Notes under the pieces: model-generated | The model's database searches: none | What the model was told of the DNA's origin: nothing | The model's input: the letters and a program-made list of their open reading frames with translations, nothing else | Translations under genes and position numbers: made by a program | Source: an uncultured Synergistota bacterium | GTDB taxonomy: Bacteria; Synergistota; JAGHAJ01 | Assembly (NCBI GenBank): GCA_964559865.1 | Contig: CAZLJD010000021.1 | Location: 57,999 to 121,998, forward strand | Direction of reading: 5' to 3' | Length of the DNA: 64,000 nt | In this document: positions 37,370 to 46,084 of the stretch, piece after piece | Numbering within the stretch: the stretch's first letter is position 1 | How the letters are laid out: every line of letters starts with the position of its first letter

Positions 37370-39122
37370 CAACAGATTATCAAAGGTACTGTATATAGAC
37401 CTAACCAAGAAAAGTTATTGGGTCAGAGATAGAATAGACCTATTTTCCAAGTATATAGGAGGAACTGGAGTAGGTATAAAGTTGCTCCAAGAAGAATGTC
37501 CAAAGGAAACAGATCCACTAGGAAAGGACAATCCCATCATATTTGCAGTAGGCCCATTGACAGGGTTATTCCCTCTTGCTTCAAAGACAGTAGCAATGTT
37601 TAAATCACCGCACACAGGCAACTTAGGTGAAAGCCACTCTGGGGGAAGGAGTGCCATAGCAATAAAGATGGCAGGGTATGGCGCTATCGTAATAAAGGGA
37701 AAAAGTGACATCCCGGTATACCTTGCAATTCACGGAGACCATGTCTACTTCAGAGACGCATCTGCATTATGGGGGATGAAAAGCTGTTTCACAGTCGGTA
37801 GGATTATTAGAGAGAACGAACCTGGAGCTGGGTTGAGAACAATCATGAGAATAGGCAAAGCAGGGGAAAACCTCGTAAGCTACGCAAGTGTCACCACAGA
37901 AACGTTCAGACACTTCGGGAGGTTGGGACTTGGAGCTGTATTCGGCAGTAAAAAGCTGAAGGGAATCATAATCTCAGGAAAGAGGAGCATAAAAGTACAG
38001 GACAAAAAAACCTACAAGGAGCTATACTCTGAAATATACAAAGCTGCAGTGGATTCTCCACTCATGAAAAAGTACCACGATCTCGGCACACCCGAAAACA
38101 TTCTAAAATTAAACGAAATGGGAGGACTACCTACAAGGAACCTCCAAAAAGGACATTTCGAGTTTGCAGAAAATATATCAGGTGAAAACTTCGCAGAACA
38201 TTATCTCGGCAGAAGACTTGCCTGTTTCCACTGTCCAGTTGGGTGTATACACTTAGCCGCATTAAGGGAACCATACGAAGACGAGCCGTACTTCTATAAA
38301 ACATCCATGATCTCCTACGACTACGAACCTATCTTTGCGCTTGCGACAATGCTCGGTATATCAGAGCCTGAAGGCTTTTTAAAGCTGATGGATAGCGTGG
38401 AGAAGTACTGCATAGATGCAATGAGCACCGGTGTAGTGCTTGCATGGGCAACCGAAGCCCAAGAGAAGGGAATCATCACGGAAAAGGAGACTAACGGCTT
38501 AAATCTCAAGTGGGGAGACTATAAGACCTACATACAGGCATTGAGCTTCATAGTGGAACAGCCAAACACATTTTACAAAGCGCTGTCAAAAGGGGTAGAA
38601 CATGCTTCATCTATTTACGGCGGTAAAGAATTTGCAATGGCATTTGGCGGCAATGAAATGCCAGGCTATCACACAGGACCAGGAGCGCACCTGGGATTCC
38701 TAACAGGTGCAAGGCATAGTCACCTTGACAGTGCCGGCTACAGCATAGACGAAAAGATACTGCCAAAAACCAGCTTATCAGCTGAAGAACTTGGCAGGAG
38801 ACTCTTAGAGGAAGAAAGGTGGCGTCAGATACTTTCAAGCCTTGTGATATGCTTCTTTGCGCGGGGCATATATTCGCCACAAATAACTACCAACGCCTTG
38901 AAGATTGCAGGGTTCAGCTTCTCAGAAGAAGACCTAAAAGAGACCGGAAAGGTTATACACGCAGAAAAATACAGGTTCAAAGAACAAGAAGGGTTTTCCC
39001 TGAAGAATATCCGCATACCCCAGAGGATATTCCAAACACCGTCCGCAGTAGGTAATATAGAAAAAGCATATATAGAAAGGGCTCTCAATTACATAAACTC
39101 AGAGATATCGTCAGCCATTTAA
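37359..39122 (+). CDS. Second tungsten AOR-family oxidoreductase catalytic subunit
   Basis: About 587 aa from ATG 37359 (GGGGTGG SD, overlapping the ferredoxin stop). AOR_N-like N-terminus (YIDLTKKSYWVRDRIDLFSKYIGGTGVGIKLL) and AOR C-terminal domains. Confidence 0.8.
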   Translation: MLDDNRLSKVLYIDLTKKSYWVRDRIDLFSKYIGGTGVGIKLLQEECPKETDPLGKDNPIIFAVGPLTGLFPLASKTVAMFKSPHTGNLGESHSGGRSAIAIKMAGYGAIVIKGKSDIPVYLAIHGDHVYFRDASALWGMKSCFTVGRIIRENEPGAGLRTIMRIGKAGENLVSYASVTTETFRHFGRLGLGAVFGSKKLKGIIISGKRSIKVQDKKTYKELYSEIYKAAVDSPLMKKYHDLGTPENILKLNEMGGLPTRNLQKGHFEFAENISGENFAEHYLGRRLACFHCPVGCIHLAALREPYEDEPYFYKTSMISYDYEPIFALATMLGISEPEGFLKLMDSVEKYCIDAMSTGVVLAWATEAQEKGIITEKETNGLNLKWGDYKTYIQALSFIVEQPNTFYKALSKGVEHASSIYGGKEFAMAFGGNEMPGYHTGPGAHLGFLTGARHSHLDSAGYSIDEKILPKTSLSAEELGRRLLEEERWRQILSSLVICFFARGIYSPQITTNALKIAGFSFSEEDLKETGKVIHAEKYRFKEQEGFSLKNIRIPQRIFQTPSAVGNIEKAYIERALNYINSEISSAI

Positions 39123-39881
39123 GTCTTTACCGTACTTAACGGCAACTATCTCGGACATTATGCTGAGTGCTATCTCCTCTGGTCTTCTACCACCAATAGG
39201 TAAACCCGCAGGAGAGTGTACTCTTTTTAGTGCCTCTTCACTGAAACCATCTTTCAAAAGATGAGAGTAGATTGTTTGCCTCTTCTGGTCACTTGCAACC
39301 ATAGCGATGTAAGCAAACTCTTTGCCGAGTAACCCTCTGAGAACATCCTCATCAAACTTATGTGCAAAGGTGTTCACAACAACATAGGATGACAAATCTG
39401 GTTTCAGCTCTCTGGCAGCAGTATAAAACTCCTTCACAATTATCTCTTTCGCATCCGGGAATCTATCCTTATTGGCATAATCAGGTCTACTATCCACAAC
39501 AACAACATCAAAACCAACCAAAAAAGCCATTTTAGAGAGGTACCTTCCTATATGCCCCGCCCCAAATATCACCACCCTATCTTTAACCTTCACAGGGTCT
39601 ATAAACACATCTACATCTCCACCACAACCCTCTCCACCAGCTGACAATCGGTACTGTTTTAGTTCTGCTTTACCCTTCTCTATAACTTCCAATGCATCTC
39701 TTTTAACAAGCTCTTCCAACGTTCCCCCACCTATCGTGCCAGAGGTTCTACCGTCTATAGCAACAAGCATCTTTGCACCAGGCTCACGGGGAGAAGAACC
39801 ATAAGAAGCAACTACGGTAGCCACAGCAAACGCAACCCTGTTTTCCCAGAACTCCTGCATACGATGTAGAAGCTCTATCAT
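39111..39881 (-). CDS. XdhC/CoxI-family molybdenum cofactor insertion chaperone
   Basis: 256 aa. XdhC_CoxI N-domain (ASYGSSPREPGAKMLV) plus the Rossmann-like XdhC_C domain (VVIFGAGHIGRYL). Confidence 0.75.
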   Translation of the reverse strand: MIELLHRMQEFWENRVAFAVATVVASYGSSPREPGAKMLVAIDGRTSGTIGGGTLEELVKRDALEVIEKGKAELKQYRLSAGGEGCGGDVDVFIDPVKVKDRVVIFGAGHIGRYLSKMAFLVGFDVVVVDSRPDYANKDRFPDAKEIIVKEFYTAARELKPDLSSYVVVNTFAHKFDEDVLRGLLGKEFAYIAMVASDQKRQTIYSHLLKDGFSEEALKRVHSPAGLPIGGRRPEEIALSIMSEIVAVKYGKDLNG

Positions 39882-39885
39882 TCAG

Positions 39886-40914
39886 CTACCACCCCTTCCC
39901 TAACATACAATAAGGATAATTACAAACATCACAATGTCTACAAAATCCACCATGCCCCAGCCTCGCAATATCCTCATAGGTAATTATATCTCCTGCAAGA
40001 AGTCTTGGCAATATCACATCAAAGACTGTAATCTTGTAGAAAACACCTGCCGCAGGTATCCCAACAATGGGCACTTCACCCTTATATGCCAAAAGCAACA
40101 TAGAACCCGGCAACACAGGGGAACCATAGCGTATAATCTCTGCACCAGCAGAAGCTATACCACGAGGAGTAACATCATCTGCATCTACCGACATCCCCCC
40201 TGTACACACAACGATCTCTGCCCCCACAGATAAAAACTCCTGTATGGAAGATCTCACCATATCCTCATCATCTGGCACAATTCTGCTACCAATAAGCTCT
40301 GCACCATAATCTTCGACTTTGCTTTTCACAATATCCTTGAACCTATCCTTTATCCTACCCGTATATATCTCCGTGCCAGTCGTAACAAGTGCAACCTTTT
40401 TTTTCACATAAGGTTTCACCTTAACTACATATCTATACTTGGAGGCAACACTCTCAAATAAATTGACATATTCCTTTCTTAGGACAAGAGGAATAGCTCT
40501 AAAACCCGCTATCTTGTCACCCTTCTTTACAGGCGTATTGTTGTGAATTGTAGATACAGAAAACTCCCCTATCATGTTTAATTCAAATACTGCTTCCGCA
40601 TTCACCTTAACCAAACCGTCCACACCGGCTACAAGAGTAATCTTACCTTCAACAGGACCCTCAGAAGAGACATTTTCTCCTTTCATCCACTTCTCCATCA
40701 CATATGCAACATCATTCTCGTGCATCTCATCTGGGGATATTTCAAGCACATATATGTAATTTTTGCCTATATCCTTCAAAAGAGGTATATCCTCTTTTCT
40801 TATCACATGCCCCTTGCGAAAACCGGGACCTTTGTACTCTCCCGGAACAATCTTTGTCAAATCATAAGGTATCGTCATTCCCACCGCATCTTCAACCTTC
40901 ACTCGCTTGAGCAC
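39886..40914 (-). CDS. MoeA/MogA-like molybdopterin-binding (MoCF biosynthesis domain) protein with C-terminal Cys cluster
   Basis: 342 aa. TGGMSVDADD-type motif of MoeA domain 3. C-terminal CRHCDVCNYPYC. Confidence 0.6.
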   Translation of the reverse strand: MLKRVKVEDAVGMTIPYDLTKIVPGEYKGPGFRKGHVIRKEDIPLLKDIGKNYIYVLEISPDEMHENDVAYVMEKWMKGENVSSEGPVEGKITLVAGVDGLVKVNAEAVFELNMIGEFSVSTIHNNTPVKKGDKIAGFRAIPLVLRKEYVNLFESVASKYRYVVKVKPYVKKKVALVTTGTEIYTGRIKDRFKDIVKSKVEDYGAELIGSRIVPDDEDMVRSSIQEFLSVGAEIVVCTGGMSVDADDVTPRGIASAGAEIIRYGSPVLPGSMLLLAYKGEVPIVGIPAAGVFYKITVFDVILPRLLAGDIITYEDIARLGHGGFCRHCDVCNYPYCMLGKGW

Positions 40915-40978
40915 ACTTCATACCCCCCTCATACAAAAAGAGGGACGGGGCCTTCCCAAACCCCATCCCTTCAAACCC

Positions 40979-41716
40979 CTAAACGGTTACCTCATCGGGT
41001 ATAATGAGCTTCTCATTCTTCTTGAGGAGTTCCTCCGGTACGGGTCTCTGGAGTTTTGCACCTATATACCCCTCAAGGTAATCTTTCACAGTACTCTTCC
41101 AGTACTTGTAGTCCACATAGTACACACGGGCACCACCAAGCTCGTGCTGGACATCCGGCCAACGATAAGACGGTTGCGCCATTCCAAGCCCCCATCTCTT
41201 AAAACCATTGTAACTCTCGTATGTAGCCCAGAACTCCTTCTGATTGAGCGTCTCAAATGTATAATCACACTTTGCATAGTACATAGTTGCACCCACTCTG
41301 AAGCCTCTCTTAAATGCCATGGTATGCAAACTAATGTTTATATCTTCATTCATCAACCTACCATTCGCAAAACCTATCAGTTTACCATCTTCAAGTCCCA
41401 ACAACACATAAGGGTCTTTAAGCCTATTCCTGTACCAACCCAATATCTCCGCATATACCCTCGCTCCAACTATGTCATAAAAGTCATGGTCCACATCCAA
41501 GAAGTTACGCAAATACTTTAAAAGAAGGGGTGCTTCTTCTTTCTTAGCAGGCCTTATTACCATTGTTATTTTATCTCCGGCCTTGTTTTTCAGCTCCACC
41601 ATTGCAGGTTCAAACGGTGGGATATCCATAGATGGACCACTCAATATGGGTTCAATCTCCCTGATATTCAATCTAACTTCTTCATAACTTGACTTCTCCG
41701 GTGGTTCTTTCCACAT
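40979..41716 (-). CDS. Uncharacterized conserved 245-aa protein. Paralog of 25522-26259.
   Basis: Same length and conserved blocks as the first copy. SD and ATG are tightly spaced after the carbamate kinase gene. Confidence 0.7.
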   Translation of the reverse strand: MWKEPPEKSSYEEVRLNIREIEPILSGPSMDIPPFEPAMVELKNKAGDKITMVIRPAKKEEAPLLLKYLRNFLDVDHDFYDIVGARVYAEILGWYRNRLKDPYVLLGLEDGKLIGFANGRLMNEDINISLHTMAFKRGFRVGATMYYAKCDYTFETLNQKEFWATYESYNGFKRWGLGMAQPSYRWPDVQHELGGARVYYVDYKYWKSTVKDYLEGYIGAKLQRPVPEELLKKNEKLIIPDEVTV

Positions 41717-41739
41717 AAAACAACACCTCCTAATGTACT

Positions 41740-42687
41740 CTATTTAGCACGCACACGCGTGCCCACCTTGCCTTCCAAAGCATCAAGTGCGTTATCAAGA
41801 GAGCTTATTATAGCCACATCTCCCCCACCTTTAACAAATCTTAATGCTGCCTTAACCTTTGGCCCCATGCTACCAGCCTTAAAGTGTCCCTCTGCCTGAT
41901 ACCTCTCCAACTCTTCAACGGTAACTTCACCGATAGCCTTCTCCTGTGGGGTTCTAAAGTTTATCATTGCATGTGGAACATCTGTAAGTATCAAGAATAT
42001 ATCAGCCTTCACATCCTGCGCAAGCCTTTCGCCAGCAAGGTCCTTATCGATGACCGCTTCAACCCCCTTAAGCGTCCCATCCTCAAGTTTAATAACAGGT
42101 ATGCCACCTCCACCAGATGCAATGACAATTGCCCCTTTCTCTACGAGGGCAGAAACAACCTCCTTTTCCACTATCCCTATAGGGTCAGGAGAAGGCACAA
42201 CCTTCCTCCATCCCCTCCCACTATCTTCTATCCATGTCTCATTTTTCTCAGCCGCCCTCTTCTTCGCCTCCTCCTCGGTATAGAAGGGACCTATAGGTTT
42301 TGTGGGGTTCTGAAATGCAGGATCATCTTTGCTAACAAGCACCTGAGTAATCACCGTAGCTACTTCTCTACGGATGCCCCTCTTAATAAACTCGTTTCTC
42401 AAGCTTTGCTGAATCATATAACCTATCAAACCCTGACTTTCTGCACCACATATATCAAGAGGCATCGCAGGAACGCTATCAGAACCCTTCTCGTTCTGAA
42501 TCAATATTACACCCACCTGGGGTCCATTCCCGTGCGTTATAACAACCTCATAGCCTGCCTCAACCATTCTTACTATCTGGCTGCATGTTCTTCTCACATT
42601 CTCAAATTGCTCCTCAGCAGTACCTTTCTGACCCGGCTGAAGAATAGCATTTCCTCCGAGAGCAACAACAACCCTTTTACCCATCAT
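41740..42687 (-). CDS. arcC: Carbamate kinase
   Basis: 315 aa. [11 protein letters not shown]...[11 protein letters not shown] is the amino-acid-kinase family carbamate kinase signature. Confidence 0.85.
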   Translation of the reverse strand: MMGKRVVVALGGNAILQPGQKGTAEEQFENVRRTCSQIVRMVEAGYEVVITHGNGPQVGVILIQNEKGSDSVPAMPLDICGAESQGLIGYMIQQSLRNEFIKRGIRREVATVITQVLVSKDDPAFQNPTKPIGPFYTEEEAKKRAAEKNETWIEDSGRGWRKVVPSPDPIGIVEKEVVSALVEKGAIVIASGGGGIPVIKLEDGTLKGVEAVIDKDLAGERLAQDVKADIFLILTDVPHAMINFRTPQEKAIGEVTVEELERYQAEGHFKAGSMGPKVKAALRFVKGGGDVAIISSLDNALDALEGKVGTRVRAK

Positions 42688-42698
42688 ATCCCCCCTAA

Positions 42699-43463
42699 TT
42701 ATTCATCTTCAAATGCAACAACTCTACAAAAAGCAGACTCCCCACCTTGAAACTTCCAAGGAAACACGCCTATAGTAGTTCTCTTGTTCAAAAACTTGTC
42801 TATCTCTCCCCCTATATTCTCAACATGCAATATGCCTTTGGGGAAGAGATAAGTATGCATAAGCTGATACATTTCTGGCGGGAATATCTTATCCAACGGC
42901 TTACCCAGTTTCCTTTCAGCTTCCGCAGCATACTCCGGCTTGAACTTCCTGAGTATGGTATTCATTGGGTGATCTGCAGAACCACAATCTACTCCTATAA
43001 GCTTTATTTTCATATCCAGCACCCACTCTGCAAACTCCTTATGTGGTCCAGGATGCTTATAAAAATACTTGTTCTCGTCTGCCTCTGGCTGATCAAACGC
43101 ATAGTGGTGAAATCCAGTGTGTATTATCAAAATATCACCAGGCTTAATCTCGACTTTTTTCGTAAAGTGTTCTGGTTTGTAGATCTCATACTCTCCAACT
43201 TCGTCGCTTATGTCTACAACAACACCCGGTCCAAACAGCTCATCCATAGTAAGACTTGCTATGTCCCTTCCACCCGTCTTGAAATGTCTCTGCCCATCAA
43301 GGTGCGTTCCCACATGATTACTGGTTGTGATCAGTTGACCATTAGCACCATGAAAACTCCACCTCTTAAAATACTTCACCTGCAATGGCTCATAAGAGGG
43401 CCATGGAGGTGTCTCAACTCCTGTGGGCTGGGACAAATCATAAGCTTTCAATGTCATAACCAA
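42699..43463 (-). CDS. Cyclase-family (KynB-like) metal-dependent hydrolase, single domain
   Basis: 254 aa with an intact [12 protein letters not shown] motif. Paralogous to both halves of the 546-aa tandem protein. Confidence 0.75.
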   Translation of the reverse strand: MVMTLKAYDLSQPTGVETPPWPSYEPLQVKYFKRWSFHGANGQLITTSNHVGTHLDGQRHFKTGGRDIASLTMDELFGPGVVVDISDEVGEYEIYKPEHFTKKVEIKPGDILIIHTGFHHYAFDQPEADENKYFYKHPGPHKEFAEWVLDMKIKLIGVDCGSADHPMNTILRKFKPEYAAEAERKLGKPLDKIFPPEMYQLMHTYLFPKGILHVENIGGEIDKFLNKRTTIGVFPWKFQGGESAFCRVVAFEDE

Positions 43464-43470
43464 TCCCTCC

Positions 43471-43659
43471 TCACTTTTTCTTAAGCTTTGAAAGTATAGA
43501 AATCAACTTCTTGTTACCACCTGCTGGAGGCCTCCAATTAACATGGACTGCCTTGTATCCCTTTCCCTTGAGTGTATCATAGAAACTCTTCAAACCCACA
43601 TTGACTACCACTAAATCCTGACCAAACAACTCGTTTATCTTTTCGTTCACCTTCGCCAT
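43471..43659 (-). CDS. Detached C-terminal segment of the FdrA-like protein
   Basis: 62 aa. LVVVNVGLKSFYDTLKGKGYKAVHVNWRPPAGGNKKL resembles, from memory, the extreme C-terminus of E. coli FdrA. It is in the same frame as fdrA, 12 nt after its TAA stop. An SD (AAGGGGGG) overlaps that stop. Confidence 0.55.
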   Translation of the reverse strand: MAKVNEKINELFGQDLVVVNVGLKSFYDTLKGKGYKAVHVNWRPPAGGNKKLISILSKLKKK

Positions 43660-43671
43660 CTCTATCCCCCC

Positions 43672-45225
43672 TTACTTCCCCTTCACTATCTCTATAGCTG
43701 TCCTGACTGCCTGAACATTACTCGGCATAACAACGACCCCGACCTCTTCTAACTTCTTTTGCTGTTCATCAAGGTTCTGCGGATCATCTTTTGTCCCACA
43801 TATAGACGCAACAACGGACAAATATCTACCATCCTTTTCCGCTAATTCCTTTGCCTCTTTAATATAAGGTGCCAGCGCTCCTGCCATATCCTCATTGGAA
43901 CCGTAACCAATAACAATATCAAGGAGTATAACTGCTACTTCAGGGTCTTTCGCCTCCTCCAATATCCTTTTCTGTCTTGTCCTTGGATCTATCATTGGGT
44001 GTGGTTGTCCCTGGGTAAACTCATCTTCACCAAGGTCTATAACGGTGTGCTTTTCACTCTTATATATGTCCTTCAGCTCGTACCCTTTGTGCAACGGGGC
44101 ATTAGAGTAGGTAGGTTCACCAAGTTCCTTTTCTATTAAATACATAGCCTCATCACAGAGCGTACCCCCAGTATAAAGCCCTCTAATATACTTCTGACCA
44201 TCAGCAAGCCTTTCTCTCTCCTTAACTGCCACTCGTTTAATCTGCTCCTCTCCTGGGATCTTTATGTCAGGCTCCCTACCGTCAGACAACGCTACTGCCA
44301 CAAGGGCCGTCTCTTCCAATGTCGTTGGAGCATAAAAGCCGTACTCTTTAACCATTTCAGGATCTCCATTTATAAAATCGACCACCACGGGTTTACTACC
44401 CTCTTTCAATACATCCAAAACCTTCTTTGCAACCTCTGGCGCAGGGGGTTTGGATATCACTACGATAACTTTCGTAGCAGGGTCTTCCTGTAATGCTTTT
44501 ATTCCTGCTATAACCATTTTCCCCCCCACTTCTTTCTTCAGGTCTCTACCACCAGTACCTATAGCCTGCGAGATACCTTTCCCGTTTTTAGCTATAATTG
44601 TGGAAACCTCCTGAAGCCCGGTACCAGAAGCTGCTACGATACCTATGTCACCTCGAGGGACCTCGTTGGCAAATGCGAGAGGAGCACCATTTATTATAGC
44701 CGTTCCACAATCCGGACCCATCATCAAAAGCCCCTTTTCATTAGCAAGGGTTTTAAGCTCTATCTCATCTTCTATTGGCACATTATCGCTAAACATAAAC
44801 ACATGCTTTCCTGCCATAAGCGCCTTTCTCGCTTCGTAAGCAGCATACTCACCTGCCACAGATATCATCACAAGGTTTGCATCAGGCATGTACTCAAAAG
44901 CACCTTCAAGGCTCACAGGAGAGTACTCCTCATCGCCTCCGGTTTCTTTCTTTTTCTTAAGAAGTTCATCTACCTTCTGGTAAGCCTCTTGAAGAATACT
45001 ATCGTCTTCTGCCTCCATTGCAATCACAAGATCATTCGCAGTCGCACCATCCAGTTTGCTGTCGTAAAGTCCAACCACGGAGAGAGACTCCTTATTGTGG
45101 TCCGTTGCCATAGCCACAACCACTTCTTTGATACCCTTCATCTCAGATATTTCCCTACTAACCAACATCAACGTAACCGAGTCATAATAAGAATTTTTCA
45201 CAACCTCAACCCTCTTAACTGACAC
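43672..45225 (-). CDS. fdrA: FdrA-like protein (succinyl-CoA-synthetase-alpha/CoA-binding fold), putative oxamate-carbamoyltransferase subunit
   Basis: 517 aa. N-terminus VKNSYYDSVTLMLVSREISE and central GPDCGTAIINGAPLAFAN...GIVAASGTG blocks match the FdrA family. Confidence 0.75.
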   Translation of the reverse strand: MSVKRVEVVKNSYYDSVTLMLVSREISEMKGIKEVVVAMATDHNKESLSVVGLYDSKLDGATANDLVIAMEAEDDSILQEAYQKVDELLKKKKETGGDEEYSPVSLEGAFEYMPDANLVMISVAGEYAAYEARKALMAGKHVFMFSDNVPIEDEIELKTLANEKGLLMMGPDCGTAIINGAPLAFANEVPRGDIGIVAASGTGLQEVSTIIAKNGKGISQAIGTGGRDLKKEVGGKMVIAGIKALQEDPATKVIVVISKPPAPEVAKKVLDVLKEGSKPVVVDFINGDPEMVKEYGFYAPTTLEETALVAVALSDGREPDIKIPGEEQIKRVAVKERERLADGQKYIRGLYTGGTLCDEAMYLIEKELGEPTYSNAPLHKGYELKDIYKSEKHTVIDLGEDEFTQGQPHPMIDPRTRQKRILEEAKDPEVAVILLDIVIGYGSNEDMAGALAPYIKEAKELAEKDGRYLSVVASICGTKDDPQNLDEQQKKLEEVGVVVMPSNVQAVRTAIEIVKGK

Positions 45226-46084
45226 TAACGATCCCTCCTTTTATAAGAATCTCCAAAGCCATAGCCACTCCGGTTAACCAATCACTTCCAGATGTGGCAC
45301 CAACACCAACCACATCAGACATAGCCTTATAAAACACACTTCCACCATCCACAAAGGTACTCCAAAACCTCTGATACACTTCAGGGACTTTGCCATGATA
45401 TAGATTGAATAGCATGTGTGCGCTAACCGCCGTAGTAGCATAAAACAACTCATCTTTTACATCGCCCAACCACGGTGCATCTCCAAGGAAGACACAATAC
45501 GCAGAAGAAAACCCACCAATCCAATCGTCAAGGGACGGAGTAAGTCCCACCCCTCTGCCCAACATTTTTCTAACATAAAAAGAGCCTCTCCTACCCGCCG
45601 CTACTTCACTCACAAAACATCTCAAGAGTTTGGCAACATCTTCGCAGTCCTGAAAAAATTTCCCGTCAAACAACAAGTGAGATAACTCCCCTTTTCCCTC
45701 TCTCCTAAGAAAATCCAAGACATTCATCAATCTATCAGATATAAGCCGCACATCGAATTTGCACACAGGTAACTTTGCATCCCACAGCTCTACATCCGCA
45801 GACAGAGGAATCCTAACCCTACTTCCCGACCAAACCAGAATTCCATCCTTATCTCTTATAGCAACCCTTCCACGCAAAAAAATATCTTCAAATGGCAGTA
45901 TCCTCCTTACCCTCACGCCAAACGGCACCATATACATACTACTCAACAGCAGGGACACGAACACACCATCCTCAAACACCAAATTCACTACCCTCCTAAA
46001 TACAGAGTGAACCTCCCCTTTTACGGCATCCCCATTCAGACCGTGTAAATCAGCATCTATCTTCTCAGCCAGTATGTTTATCAT
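45215..46084 (-). CDS. ylbF: DUF2877 protein, YlbF homolog
   Basis: 289 aa. GRGVGLTPSLDDW and GATSGSDWLTG blocks correspond to the conserved G.G.GLTPSGDD and GHTSG.D blocks of the YlbF family. Confidence 0.7.
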   Translation of the reverse strand: MINILAEKIDADLHGLNGDAVKGEVHSVFRRVVNLVFEDGVFVSLLLSSMYMVPFGVRVRRILPFEDIFLRGRVAIRDKDGILVWSGSRVRIPLSADVELWDAKLPVCKFDVRLISDRLMNVLDFLRREGKGELSHLLFDGKFFQDCEDVAKLLRCFVSEVAAGRRGSFYVRKMLGRGVGLTPSLDDWIGGFSSAYCVFLGDAPWLGDVKDELFYATTAVSAHMLFNLYHGKVPEVYQRFWSTFVDGGSVFYKAMSDVVGVGATSGSDWLTGVAMALEILIKGGIVSVS

